Below, in pieces: positions 16,727-24,478 of a stretch of DNA of 26,810 nt. The notes under the pieces are model-generated. The model was not told the origin of the DNA. It saw only the letters and a program-made list of their open reading frames with translations, and did not search any database. Positions within the stretch are counted from its first letter, which is position 1. Each line of letters starts with the position of its first letter. The position numbers and the translations under genes were made by a program. Source of the stretch: a virus. Lineage: Duplodnaviria > Caudoviricetes. The stretch is from IMG/VR virus record IMGVR_UViG_3300025470_000072, positions 1-26,810 of that record. One strand, given 5' to 3'.

Positions 16727-17009
16727 TTGCCCATGCCTCCGATACATAGTTAGTCAGGATTACATATTCAAGCGTTGCGGTGTCGAATACGGTCTGCGAC
16801 TCATATCCGCGAGATGACAGGAATTGTTGGCAGACAAGGATGTTCAGCCAATTTGGTTCGCACCAATAAGCCATCTTCCAAGTAAAGAGCGGTTGCTCGT
16901 CAAAACGATTAGCTTGCTTTGCCCAATCTTTACCCCATTGCATTGAGGTATTGTGAAGGCGGTCAAAGTCTGAATCCGTGATTGTGACGGTAAAAGTTGC
17001 CGATGCCAT
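16719..17009 (-). CDS. Hypothetical protein
   Basis: TAATG-coupled ORF. Confidence 0.65.
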   Translation of the reverse strand: MASATFTVTITDSDFDRLHNTSMQWGKDWAKQANRFDEQPLFTWKMAYWCEPNWLNILVCQQFLSSRGYESQTVFDTATLEYVILTNYVSEAWAND

Positions 17010-17206
17010 TATGCAAGCAATTCTGCGTAGCGTGGGTCAGCCATCATGGTTTGAGCTTGTTTTGCGGTACGAACAATCTCCAATTTCGTTGCTGAACTCC
17101 AACGAAAATCAAACCACTTATTAACAAAATCGCGGATTTCTTCTGCGGATTCAAGGTTGATTTTCAGTCCGTCAGCGATTGTTGCGGTATAAGCATTTGT
17201 AGCCAT
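17009..17206 (-). CDS. Hypothetical early protein
   Basis: Start MATNAY lies immediately after the previous stop. Confidence 0.6.
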   Translation of the reverse strand: MATNAYTATIADGLKINLESAEEIRDFVNKWFDFRWSSATKLEIVRTAKQAQTMMADPRYAELLA

Positions 17207-17207
17207 G

Positions 17208-17483
17208 TTATGCGACTTCAATTTGATTAAGGTTGAATGAGCAGAAATGTTGTCCAGCCTCAAACCACACATCAGCCTTGCCGAGCTTTGTATTGACTGA
17301 ATCAAGGATTCCGTACTCAACACCTGCAAGTGATGTAACTTTTACAGTTTGTCCGATTGTCATATTGCGCACTTCATTGACTCGGTTAAGAAAGCAGGTG
17401 TAGCACTCAACTGCCATTTTGCCATTGTCTGATTGTGCGGTTGTAAACTTGGTATTGCAGTAAATACAATTTCTTGTAGCCAT
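17208..17483 (-). CDS. Hypothetical early protein with zinc-finger N-terminus
   Basis: CIYC...CYTC; GGAG SD; follows a promoter. Confidence 0.65.
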   Translation of the reverse strand: MATRNCIYCNTKFTTAQSDNGKMAVECYTCFLNRVNEVRNMTIGQTVKVTSLAGVEYGILDSVNTKLGKADVWFEAGQHFCSFNLNQIEVA

Positions 17484-17526
17484 TTTGTTCTCCAGTTCTG
17501 CCCCGCCGTTCGGGGCTTATGGGTAA

Positions 17527-17555
17527 AACATACGCCCGATCCGCTAGGCAATCAA
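17527..17555 (-). promoter_or_regulatory. Sigma70/SigA-type early promoter
   Basis: TTGATT-17-TATGTT, then a GCCCCG-AACGG-CGGGGC hairpin and an SD. Confidence 0.65.
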
Positions 17556-17572
17556 GCATTTTTGGGTGTGTT

Positions 17573-17962
17573 TTAGGTCACACAATCAAAGGGGTCGGAA
17601 ACCTCAATATCCACGCCTGTAATGTCCGAATAGACTTTTTTTGCTTTTATGTCAATTACCTGTGAGTCGTCTAGGTAGGCGCACCCGGTGAGCGCATCCA
17701 GCACCCCGCGAACCAGTTTGTCTAAGTCTGGGGCTACTGTGGGAAGGGCGCGTTTGACCGTTTTAGGCTTTTTGAGGCGGAAAGTCATGGAAATAGCTAT
17801 CGGGTCAGGAATCGGCTCGCACCCCGCCTGTTTAGCCGCGAGAGCAATTAGCGCCCGCCAAGTGGCAAGCTCGGTCGCCCGCGAGTGAATCATGCGCCCC
17901 TGCCCAATGTGCTTCATTGAGCCTTGAGGAATCGGAGTGCCTTCCACCCCGAATCGGATCAT
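17573..17962 (-). CDS. rusA: RusA Holliday junction resolvase
   Basis: GTPIPQGS, PDLDKLVRGVLDAL, DDSQV. Confidence 0.92.
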   Translation of the reverse strand: MIRFGVEGTPIPQGSMKHIGQGRMIHSRATELATWRALIALAAKQAGCEPIPDPIAISMTFRLKKPKTVKRALPTVAPDLDKLVRGVLDALTGCAYLDDSQVIDIKAKKVYSDITGVDIEVSDPFDCVT

Positions 17963-18150
17963 AATTCGATGGTGACTTTTTCCCCTGTAGCTACAAAGTG
18001 GCACTTGGGATTGCCCGATGAATCGCGGAGACGAAAATCGCGCCCGGTGCTTTCATCCTCAATCGAAGTCACTCCATAGCGGGTCGCGCCAAGAACCAGC
18101 ACATCCCCAACTTCTACCTGCTCAACTGCTACCAAATGAATCAGTTTCAT
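17959..18150 (-). CDS. Small beta-rich hypothetical protein
   Basis: AAGGGGG SD; coupled to rusA. Confidence 0.6.
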   Translation of the reverse strand: MKLIHLVAVEQVEVGDVLVLGATRYGVTSIEDESTGRDFRLRDSSGNPKCHFVATGEKVTIEL

Positions 18151-18175
18151 AGTGGTATCCCCCTTTCGGTGTTCC

Positions 18176-18205
18176 AGTATGACATATATTACTTACTCTG
18201 CGCAA
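18176..18205 (-). promoter_or_regulatory. Putative promoter
   Basis: TTGCGC-18-CATACT with an extended TG. Confidence 0.45.
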
Positions 18206-18308
18206 ATCGGACAGGCCTCAAATCGGGCATATTTGGGCTTTTGCGCCTCTTGGAGTTGTAGGCTTTGACCCGAACCGCCCAAGCGACCTAAAAACCCCGC
18301 AAATCGCC

Positions 18309-18653
18309 TCACACGCCCGATTCTGGGGGTGTGTGAACTGAGTCACGCAACCGTTGTTTTAGCTCGCGGATAAAATCGGGCGCTACAACGGCATTAGAGC
18401 TTTTGAACTCTAAAGCGTTGTAAGTCGGTGGCACGATGGTTTTCTTGAAGTAATCACGGATTGCGGCAACGGTAGGGAAATAGCTGGAAGTCTGAACAAC
18501 CTGCTTGACCGCCTCAAATAACTCAGCCTTGCTGATTTCTAAATCGCCCAAACATTCGTAGTACGCCTCAACCTGCGGGCGGTCGAAGTTGTAGGTCGGA
18601 AAGGCGGCAACTGCCAACATCATGCAATCAAGAACATCGGCTTTGGTAATCAT
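18309..18653 (-). CDS. Helicase loader/inhibitor (G39P-like)
   Basis: AVKQVVQTSSYFPTVAAIR; coupled to the initiator gene. Confidence 0.65.
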   Translation of the reverse strand: MITKADVLDCMMLAVAAFPTYNFDRPQVEAYYECLGDLEISKAELFEAVKQVVQTSSYFPTVAAIRDYFKKTIVPPTYNALEFKSSNAVVAPDFIRELKQRLRDSVHTPPESGV

Positions 18654-19477
18654 TGAGCTATCTCCAATACTGTCGTGGTTTTTAATTCTTCGCGCATCTT
18701 TTCCAACGATGCCAAAGCCCGAGGCTGGCGCTTGTTCTTTTCTGCTTGCGCTTCCATGCGTAGGCGCGGATATTTCAAGCGAAGGCTATTAGGCGAAAGG
18801 ATGTTTTTTGCCCAGAACTCGTTGTTCATCGCCCAGTCAATCGCGGATTTAATCTGATCCGCAGATAGCGACCCGACATCTTCTAAGGTATCCATCTCGC
18901 CTATTTTCCCGGCAAGCAATAACCGCATCTCATTTTGCCAACGGTGGGTGCGTAAGGTGTCGGCAGAAGGTCGTTTGCGTAATCCCCGGCTTTCGATGGC
19001 ATTAGCTAGGTAGTTACAGAGTTCATCAATCGTTGGGTCGGAGGTTTCTATGGTTCTCTTTGTATTCTTTGTATAAGAGGTAGAAGGGACAATTTTGTCC
19101 GTTCCATCGGACATATTTGTCTCATGGATGGGACTTATTTGTCCGTTCCAAAAGTCATGGTTGTAGTCAATCGTGTACCACTTGGTGCGGTCGTAGGCTT
19201 TGGGTTGGCAAGAAACCACCACGCCCAATTCCTCCAATGCGGTCATGGCGCTTTTCACTTGCCGGGCGGTTAGCCCTAGATTTTCCGCCCATAGCTCATA
19301 GGTGTTATAGACCCAGATGTGTCCTTCGTATTCATTATCGGATCGCTCTAACCAGTACGATAATTGTTGAAGGCACAGGGCTTGACTGGCTGACCCAAGT
19401 TTTCTCACAATTTCGGGATGCACTTGGACAAAGTAGCCAGAGGCTAGTAATGATGGCTTGGCTTGAGTATGATTCAT
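18650..19477 (-). CDS. Replication initiator protein
   Basis: N-terminal wHTH (QLSYW...WVYNTYE.W...DRTKWYTIDY); C-terminal IDWA...FWAKNILSP..LR.KY. Start at 19477 with AGGAG. Confidence 0.8.
   Translation of the reverse strand: MNHTQAKPSLLASGYFVQVHPEIVRKLGSASQALCLQQLSYWLERSDNEYEGHIWVYNTYELWAENLGLTARQVKSAMTALEELGVVVSCQPKAYDRTKWYTIDYNHDFWNGQISPIHETNMSDGTDKIVPSTSYTKNTKRTIETSDPTIDELCNYLANAIESRGLRKRPSADTLRTHRWQNEMRLLLAGKIGEMDTLEDVGSLSADQIKSAIDWAMNNEFWAKNILSPNSLRLKYPRLRMEAQAEKNKRQPRALASLEKMREELKTTTVLEIAQ
19086..19150. repeat. Three iterons with 22-bp period; putative origin
   Basis: GGGACAATTTTGTCCGTTCCA / CGGACATATTTGTCTCATGGA / GGGACTTATTTGTCCGTTCCA. Confidence 0.7.
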
Positions 19478-19648
19478 GTTACTGCTCCTACTGATCTTAG
19501 GTGTGGTCACGCCCTCGGCCGTTTGCGCGGCGCGGGGGTCTTTAATCGTACCTGTAACCTTTGCATCCGGCGAATTCATGTCATCGCCCAAACTAGTAGG
19601 CAAAATACGGCAATAGCGCCACAAATGGCATACGGTAAAAAGCGTTCG

Positions 19649-20137
19649 TCAATCAATGCTTGCCTCCAATAATCTATCTACGATCCATGACACTACTGGT
19701 ACTGCTACGGCATTTCCCATTTGCTTATAGCGTTGAGAATCCGATTGTCCTTCTGTCCAACCGTCAGGAAATCCCTGAAGGCGTTCGCACTCCACCGGGG
19801 TAAGTCGGCGAACAAGAATTTCTTGATTCATATCTTCCTCCTGCACTAAAAAAGTTTGAGCGTGGTGAGATTGCACCGATGGCTGATGGGCCTGTAAAGC
19901 GTTAGTCACCGTCAACTCTGTTGCGCTAAAAGTATTAGCTTTGGCATCCTCACGAATTGAATACGCTACGACTGGCACATTTCCTCCACCTGTTCCCCAC
20001 CTAGAAATAACTGTTTGCATGATGTCATCTTCATACACGCGTACATCATTGACCCGCGTTCCATCAAGAATTAAAATTTTATTGAACAACGACTTTCCCA
20101 TCTGAGACATATTGATTGCTAATTCCCTTAGCATCAC
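19649..20137 (-). CDS. C5-cytosine MTase C-terminal part (TRD modules, motifs IX-X)
   Basis: RRLTPVECERLQGFPD and YKQMGNAV. Confidence 0.8.
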   Translation of the reverse strand: MMLRELAINMSQMGKSLFNKILILDGTRVNDVRVYEDDIMQTVISRWGTGGGNVPVVAYSIREDAKANTFSATELTVTNALQAHQPSVQSHHAQTFLVQEEDMNQEILVRRLTPVECERLQGFPDGWTEGQSDSQRYKQMGNAVAVPVVSWIVDRLLEASID

Positions 20138-20865
20138 TCGCGGTTAAAGTACCAATAATGTTTCGCTGCCCCCCCCAGAGCGCCCCCGCTTACAGTCAAA
20201 GTTCGGGAGACATCATCTTCTACGAAGTCTGCAAAGCCAGTTTCTCTAAAGCTTCTTGGAGAGCCTTTGGCAGAGTCTTTTCTCTTTTGTCGGCTCGTCT
20301 CAAGATACCTTGCGCGGCCTTCGCTGATAGAAAGTACTTGTGCAGGTGTTCGCCCATCGTCTCCAAGACATCCGACAATGAAGATTCTTCTACGGCGTTG
20401 GGGCACTCCGAAGTACTGAGCGTCAAGAACCCGGTACGCGACCCCATACCCGAGTTCAGCCAGCGCCCCGAGGATGATTCCCAAATCCCTTCCTCCGTTT
20501 GATGACAATAAACCGGGTACATTTTTGAGGATGAACCACCTTGCTTTGGTTTCGTCAAGGAGTCTGACGACTTCGAAAAATAATCCCGAGCGTTCTCCAG
20601 CAAGTCCTTTACGCTTTCCTGCAACTGAGAGGTCTTGGCAGGGGAATCCTCCGACAATAATTCCAGACGATTCGAATCCGAGATCAAGTAGTTGTTGTCC
20701 TGTGACATTTTTTACATCCTCCAAAATAGTTGAATTAGGAAATTGCTTGGTCAAGACCTGCCGAGCGTGTTTATCAATCTCTACAGACGCAACAACTTTT
20801 ACACCCTTGCGTTCTAGCGCGAGGTCAAAACCGCCCACGCCGGCAAATAGGCTAACTGCCTTCAT
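20134..20865 (-). CDS. C5-cytosine MTase N-terminal part (motifs I-VIII), possibly inactive
   Basis: FAGVGG, GGFPCQ, QRRRR; motif VI reads KNV instead of ENV. Confidence 0.85.
   Translation of the reverse strand: MKAVSLFAGVGGFDLALERKGVKVVASVEIDKHARQVLTKQFPNSTILEDVKNVTGQQLLDLGFESSGIIVGGFPCQDLSVAGKRKGLAGERSGLFFEVVRLLDETKARWFILKNVPGLLSSNGGRDLGIILGALAELGYGVAYRVLDAQYFGVPQRRRRIFIVGCLGDDGRTPAQVLSISEGRARYLETSRQKRKDSAKGSPRSFRETGFADFVEDDVSRTLTVSGGALGGAAKHYWYFNRE
20220..20708 (-). CDS. Overlapping +1-frame MTase beta-like polypeptide
   Basis: 162-codon open frame nested in the MTase, ending SLSDVLE...YFLSAKAAQGILRRA. The arrangement resembles M.EcoHK31I alpha/beta. Confidence 0.6.
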   Translation of the reverse strand: MSQDNNYLISDSNRLELLSEDSPAKTSQLQESVKDLLENARDYFSKSSDSLTKPKQGGSSSKMYPVYCHQTEEGIWESSSGRWLNSGMGSRTGFLTLSTSECPNAVEESSLSDVLETMGEHLHKYFLSAKAAQGILRRADKREKTLPKALQEALEKLALQTS

Positions 20866-21143
20866 TATTCCCCCAACGCAAACTTGATAGCCAACTCAAA
20901 GATGTTATTGAGCGCCCAGACATATTCCGAAGCCTCGCTCTGATCGCGCGCAGCAACCCAATGGTCACGGTTCTCCATGAGTTGCGCGGCAATTTCTTCC
21001 CGAAGCGGTTGCTCAATTTCCTTCTGATATTTCTTAATGCGCCGGATTAAATCGGCGTGGTGGCAGTCAAAGATTCGCCCCAAGCACCTGTCTTGATGGT
21101 TTTGATTAAATGAGTCCACCGCCTCATCAATAATTGACTTCAT
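20865..21143 (-). CDS. Hypothetical protein
   Basis: MKSIID start with GAGGG SD; TAATG-coupled. Confidence 0.6.
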   Translation of the reverse strand: MKSIIDEAVDSFNQNHQDRCLGRIFDCHHADLIRRIKKYQKEIEQPLREEIAAQLMENRDHWVAARDQSEASEYVWALNNIFELAIKFALGE

Positions 21144-21654
21144 CAAACACCCTCTCAACAAGTGACGCTTCTACAATTTCCTCGAACGGTACACCGAACT
21201 CTTTGCAATCCCGCTTCAATGGCCCAAGACGCTCCGATTCCAATTTGCCCCTGCCAACGAGCTGACGCTCTAACGCGGCAAGTCCACCCCAGAAGCCATA
21301 ACGCTCATGAGAGAAACCAACCTCTAAACAAGCGCGTTGAATAGGGCATCGAAAACAGATATTGCGAAGCTGGCGATACTCTGCCTTTTTGTTCTTCAGC
21401 AAATCTTCTTCCAGATAAAACATATCGGTATTGATTCCCCGGCAGTTTGCCTGATCCCAATCCACTTGTGTTCTATCTACTGGTACTGGTGGCACGAATA
21501 AATCCAAGACCGCATCGAGTTCGTCACGGTCATAGACGGTCGTGTGAGTGGTTTTATCGGCGGTGATGTTGTGCTTTTTGATAATGCGATAAATCTGGCG
21601 CTCGCTATATCCGTACAAATCCACCGCTTCTTTCATCGTTATTTTCCGGCGCAT
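21127..21654 (-). CDS. whiB: HTH-WhiB fusion transcription factor
   Basis: N-terminal HTH; ANC...C-xx-C-x5-C...GFWGG WhiB signature. Confidence 0.85.
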   Translation of the reverse strand: MRRKITMKEAVDLYGYSERQIYRIIKKHNITADKTTHTTVYDRDELDAVLDLFVPPVPVDRTQVDWDQANCRGINTDMFYLEEDLLKNKKAEYRQLRNICFRCPIQRACLEVGFSHERYGFWGGLAALERQLVGRGKLESERLGPLKRDCKEFGVPFEEIVEASLVERVFDEVNY

Positions 21655-22295
21655 CCATTAACCCCTGACTTGTCATAAAATTGGCAATAATCGGCGCAGA
21701 AATAAACCGCGCTTCTTTCAGGCGGTGGTGGGGTTTCCATCGCCTTTACATCGGCAACCCAAGCTCGGGCTTCCTCAACAAGTTTCGGATCGTAATCATC
21801 TTCCCAGACGCGAATATCCGACATCTTGCCGTCACGCGGAATAAAGACCAACCCGACCTTTTTCACCGAATACTTCTGCGCAATCATGCTCGCGTAGATA
21901 TTGACCTGCATCTTCTGTTGTTTGGTAGGCAATCCGCCCTTCGCCATCTTTGCCAAGGTAACGGTTTTCCAGTCATAGACGGCTTCTGCTTTGCGTGAAT
22001 AGAAATCGGCGTGACCCTTAAAAAAATCATCGCTTAGAGATTCCTCAAGGATAAAGTCGTCACCAAAGACATCGTGCGCGGCTAGGGCTTCGGCAATAAC
22101 GGTGTGCATTGCCGTTCCCATGATTGCGGCTAAGGACTCGGTATCGAAGTTGGTCTTGGGAGTCTGGTTGAGGATATGCCACGCCTGAGTGCGACAACCC
22201 CCAACCGAACTCGCCCCCAACTCAGTTTGCACCGAGCGTTCGCGTTGGCTATCGGCTTCCCTCAAAGCCGTAGTCAATGTTTTAAAGATGTCCAT
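21639..22295 (-). CDS. Cas4-like PD-(D/E)XK exonuclease
   Basis: GC, GTAMH, GHAD, DWKT, QVNIY, C..C.....C. Confidence 0.85.
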   Translation of the reverse strand: MDIFKTLTTALREADSQRERSVQTELGASSVGGCRTQAWHILNQTPKTNFDTESLAAIMGTAMHTVIAEALAAHDVFGDDFILEESLSDDFFKGHADFYSRKAEAVYDWKTVTLAKMAKGGLPTKQQKMQVNIYASMIAQKYSVKKVGLVFIPRDGKMSDIRVWEDDYDPKLVEEARAWVADVKAMETPPPPERSAVYFCADYCQFYDKSGVNGCAGK

Positions 22296-22934
22296 TTAAT
22301 TTCCCGCCTTAATTACTTTAGGTTCTAAGTATTTGCCTAATTCATAATTTGAATTTTTATTTTTAGGATAATCAGTAATTTTATATTTTAAGTTTTCCAA
22401 CCATTCTTTTTTTAATTTTTTGTCATAAGTTGCAAAATATATGTAACGATGTTTTGCGCTTCTTATTTTTCGCAAACCATTCTGTTCCGTATTTTTGTAA
22501 TGACGAGAATGTTTATTGCCTTCGGTATATTTATCAGTTCTTTCTTTGGTTTTGCCAGTATAAAGAAAATTTGTTGCTTGATAAATGTAACCATTGTGAT
22601 TCATTTCTGTATCAGCATAAGAAACAATAATCCAATTTTTGCTACGCAACCTTCGCAAACAACCAGCTACAAATGCGCTTAATTGTTCATTCAAAGTTTC
22701 TATTCTGCATAAACGATTTAATTCATACACGCTTGTTGAATACTGTTCGCCCGCTACCCCTTTACAAAGCGACGGAGATGCGGGTTTGCCAAAAGAACAG
22801 ACCGCCACTAACTCATTGTTAACAAACCATCCAAAAGCTATACTTATAGACGGAATGCGACCTGAATAATGTTTTGGCAAAAGAAAATCTACAGCCACCT
22901 GATAGTCAAGTGTGGAGATTTCACCTTTCATCAC
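22296..22934 (-). CDS. Mom-like (GNAT) DNA modification protein
   Basis: HYS, ELNRL, VSYAD...H.G.IYQATNF.YTG, KHRY; AT-rich. Confidence 0.75.
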   Translation of the reverse strand: MMKGEISTLDYQVAVDFLLPKHYSGRIPSISIAFGWFVNNELVAVCSFGKPASPSLCKGVAGEQYSTSVYELNRLCRIETLNEQLSAFVAGCLRRLRSKNWIIVSYADTEMNHNGYIYQATNFLYTGKTKERTDKYTEGNKHSRHYKNTEQNGLRKIRSAKHRYIYFATYDKKLKKEWLENLKYKITDYPKNKNSNYELGKYLEPKVIKAGN

Positions 22935-23278
22935 AAATCCAGCGTTGCTTTGATGGATGAAGAAATGGATCGCGTGATGTCCACCTGCGTCTTGATTCGG
23001 CTGACATTCGCCCGGTGAGCCTTAACAGAAGCCTCGGCATACGCTACGGCTTCGTGCTGGCTGGCGTTCTCAATAAGCGCAGCGTCATCGCGCATTACAA
23101 CCGTCATCTTCATATCAGGGTGTGCGTTGCGCATACGAGACTTCGCCATTGCGATTTCATAGACCGCCTTGATAGTGGAGTATTGAGTCTCCGCTTCGAC
23201 TAGCGCCTTGTGCGCGTCATCCATTTCAAGGCTGAGGTCATACAGACGCTTTTCGACTTGTTGTGGTGTCAGGCTCAT
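22931..23278 (-). CDS. Coiled-coil hypothetical protein
   Basis: MSLTPQQVEKRL; ATGA-coupled. Confidence 0.7.
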   Translation of the reverse strand: MSLTPQQVEKRLYDLSLEMDDAHKALVEAETQYSTIKAVYEIAMAKSRMRNAHPDMKMTVVMRDDAALIENASQHEAVAYAEASVKAHRANVSRIKTQVDITRSISSSIKATLDL

Positions 23279-23397
23279 AGGTAATACCGCCCATATAGAT
23301 AAGCTCCTGCGCAAACAACAACCGCCCAGAAAACCCATGAACCGAATGAACGGAAGATAGAACGGTCGTTAGTACCTGTTGGGTGCATCATGCTCAC
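23275..23397 (-). CDS. Small membrane peptide, 40 aa
   Basis: ...WVFWAVVVCAGAYLYGRYYL; GGAGG SD; coupled on both ends. Confidence 0.55.
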   Translation of the reverse strand: MSMMHPTGTNDRSIFRSFGSWVFWAVVVCAGAYLYGRYYL

Positions 23398-23567
23398 TTG
23401 GTCGCCTCCATTAAATTATTACAAAAATCTTCAATTGTTTTTTCGTTAAATCTTACGCTTCTTCCAATGTTCATATATGGCAATTGACCGCTTTTTATCA
23501 AACGATTGACGGTCGAACGAGATATCTGTAATTGCTCCATAACATCTTCTATCTTCAATAATTTCAC
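23394..23567 (-). CDS. Excisionase-like HTH protein, 57 aa (not in the track)
   Basis: MKLLKIEDVMEQLQISRSTVNRLIKSGQLPYMNIGRSVRF. Confidence 0.85.
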   Translation of the reverse strand: MKLLKIEDVMEQLQISRSTVNRLIKSGQLPYMNIGRSVRFNEKTIEDFCNNLMEATK

Positions 23568-23580
23568 TTGGTCGCCTCCA
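23394..23580. repeat. 17-bp direct repeat flanking the HTH gene
   Basis: TCACTTGGTCGCCTCCA at 23394-23410 and 23564-23580. Confidence 0.9.
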
Positions 23581-24106
23581 ATTCTTTCTTGCGGGCAGAA
23601 ATAACCTTGTTTAAGGTTGAGCCATCAACAGGAATCTGTAGCAATCCAGCTTCTTGTGCGCCTGTATAAAAGAGCTTCAACTCGGCAACCGAAGAAATCT
23701 CAGGCACTTGGCTGATAGCCTCTAGCGCAAGGTTTACTTGGTCGTCTGTGTATGCAGGTTCTTTTGGTGTTTCAGCTCGGCGAGCTACCTTTTCCATTTC
23801 TTCCTTAGATGGTCGCTTGCCTTTCGCAGCAAACCCACCGTTCGCTAATGCGCGACCCAAAGCTGAGGTTTCGCAGTTCTCTACCCACGCATCACGATTG
23901 ACAGGAGATGAACCTTTAACTTCTTCTGCAATCCCGGTAGCAATCGGGTTGAGGTCTGCGCGATCCGCGTAAATAGAACCAATCATCAAGATTGAGTTCT
24001 CTGTCTTTTCTAGCACCGCAGTATGAGTGCGACCGTTGGGATACTTTTCCCAAAAGCGTTCTAGTCGAACTTCTACTGGTTCGTAGTTATCAAGGTTGTA
24101 AGCCAT
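23564..24106 (-). CDS. Putative ssDNA annealing protein (Rad52/Sak-like)
   Basis: NYEPVEVRL..F...P.G...ATGIAEE...VENCETSALGRAL; clusters with the exonuclease. Confidence 0.6.
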   Translation of the reverse strand: MAYNLDNYEPVEVRLERFWEKYPNGRTHTAVLEKTENSILMIGSIYADRADLNPIATGIAEEVKGSSPVNRDAWVENCETSALGRALANGGFAAKGKRPSKEEMEKVARRAETPKEPAYTDDQVNLALEAISQVPEISSVAELKLFYTGAQEAGLLQIPVDGSTLNKVISARKKELEATK

Positions 24107-24147
24107 TGCCGTTCCTTTGTCCATCTGCCGAAGTTGGCATTGGCTCA

Positions 24148-24177
24148 AGGCTAAAGGTTACAAAGGGTCAAAGTCAA
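24148..24177 (-). promoter_or_regulatory. Putative early promoter
   Basis: TTGACT-18-TAGCCT; shares TCCTTGACTT with the 24639 promoter. Confidence 0.55.
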
Positions 24178-24215
24178 GGATTTTGTAAGGTGTGTTTCTG
24201 TGCCATAATGTCGTC

Positions 24216-24407
24216 ATGATTTCGGTGCGCATACGAGCTTACGAGCTAGAGGTGGAAGTTCAGCAGACCGAATCTCACCCTGACGCGCTAACAGACGCAA
24301 CCAATCGCGCCATAACCTTATTTAATAGTTCGGTAACAACCTTACAATCTAATAATGTGGCTTTATACGATGCCGACCGTTTGCCCGATCCAGAGGAATT
24401 AGAGTAG
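24216..24407 (+). CDS. Small acidic protein; only credible plus-strand gene
   Basis: TGC-CATAAT, 6 nt, ATG (leaderless); followed by a terminator. Confidence 0.7.
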   Translation: MISVRIRAYELEVEVQQTESHPDALTDATNRAITLFNSSVTTLQSNNVALYDADRLPDPEELE

Positions 24408-24433
24408 TATCCGCATCCCCCCGCAATGACAAA

Positions 24434-24470
24434 TAACCCCTAGGCAATCCTGCACCTAGGGGTTTTTGTT
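24434..24470. terminator. Bidirectional intrinsic terminator
   Basis: AACCCCTAGG/CCTAGGGGTT stem with a T-tract, between convergent genes. Confidence 0.8.
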
Positions 24471-24478
24471 TTATTTAA

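Noticed and set aside
17986-17995. Third TGTAGCTACA palindrome
   Set aside because: A single copy inside coding sequence; it may be chance.
18151-18308. Possible tRNA in the intergenic gap
   Set aside because: No cloverleaf, T-loop GTTCRA or acceptor stem could be identified.
21639-22295. Cas4-like gene as a CRISPR-Cas system
   Set aside because: No array or other cas genes; solo Cas4-like nucleases are common in phage recombination modules.
23394-23567. Xis-like gene as evidence of lysogeny
   Set aside because: No integrase, repressor or att site is visible, so lifestyle cannot be determined from this window.
124-23972. Numerous plus-strand ORFs in the track
   Set aside because: They are antisense shadows of well-supported minus-strand genes, with no motifs or RBS.
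24144-24150. CCTTGAG match to the terminator loop at 14401-14407 as a third sRNA target
   Set aside because: It overlaps the predicted -10 and so probably lies upstream of the TSS; a 7-nt match is expected by chance.
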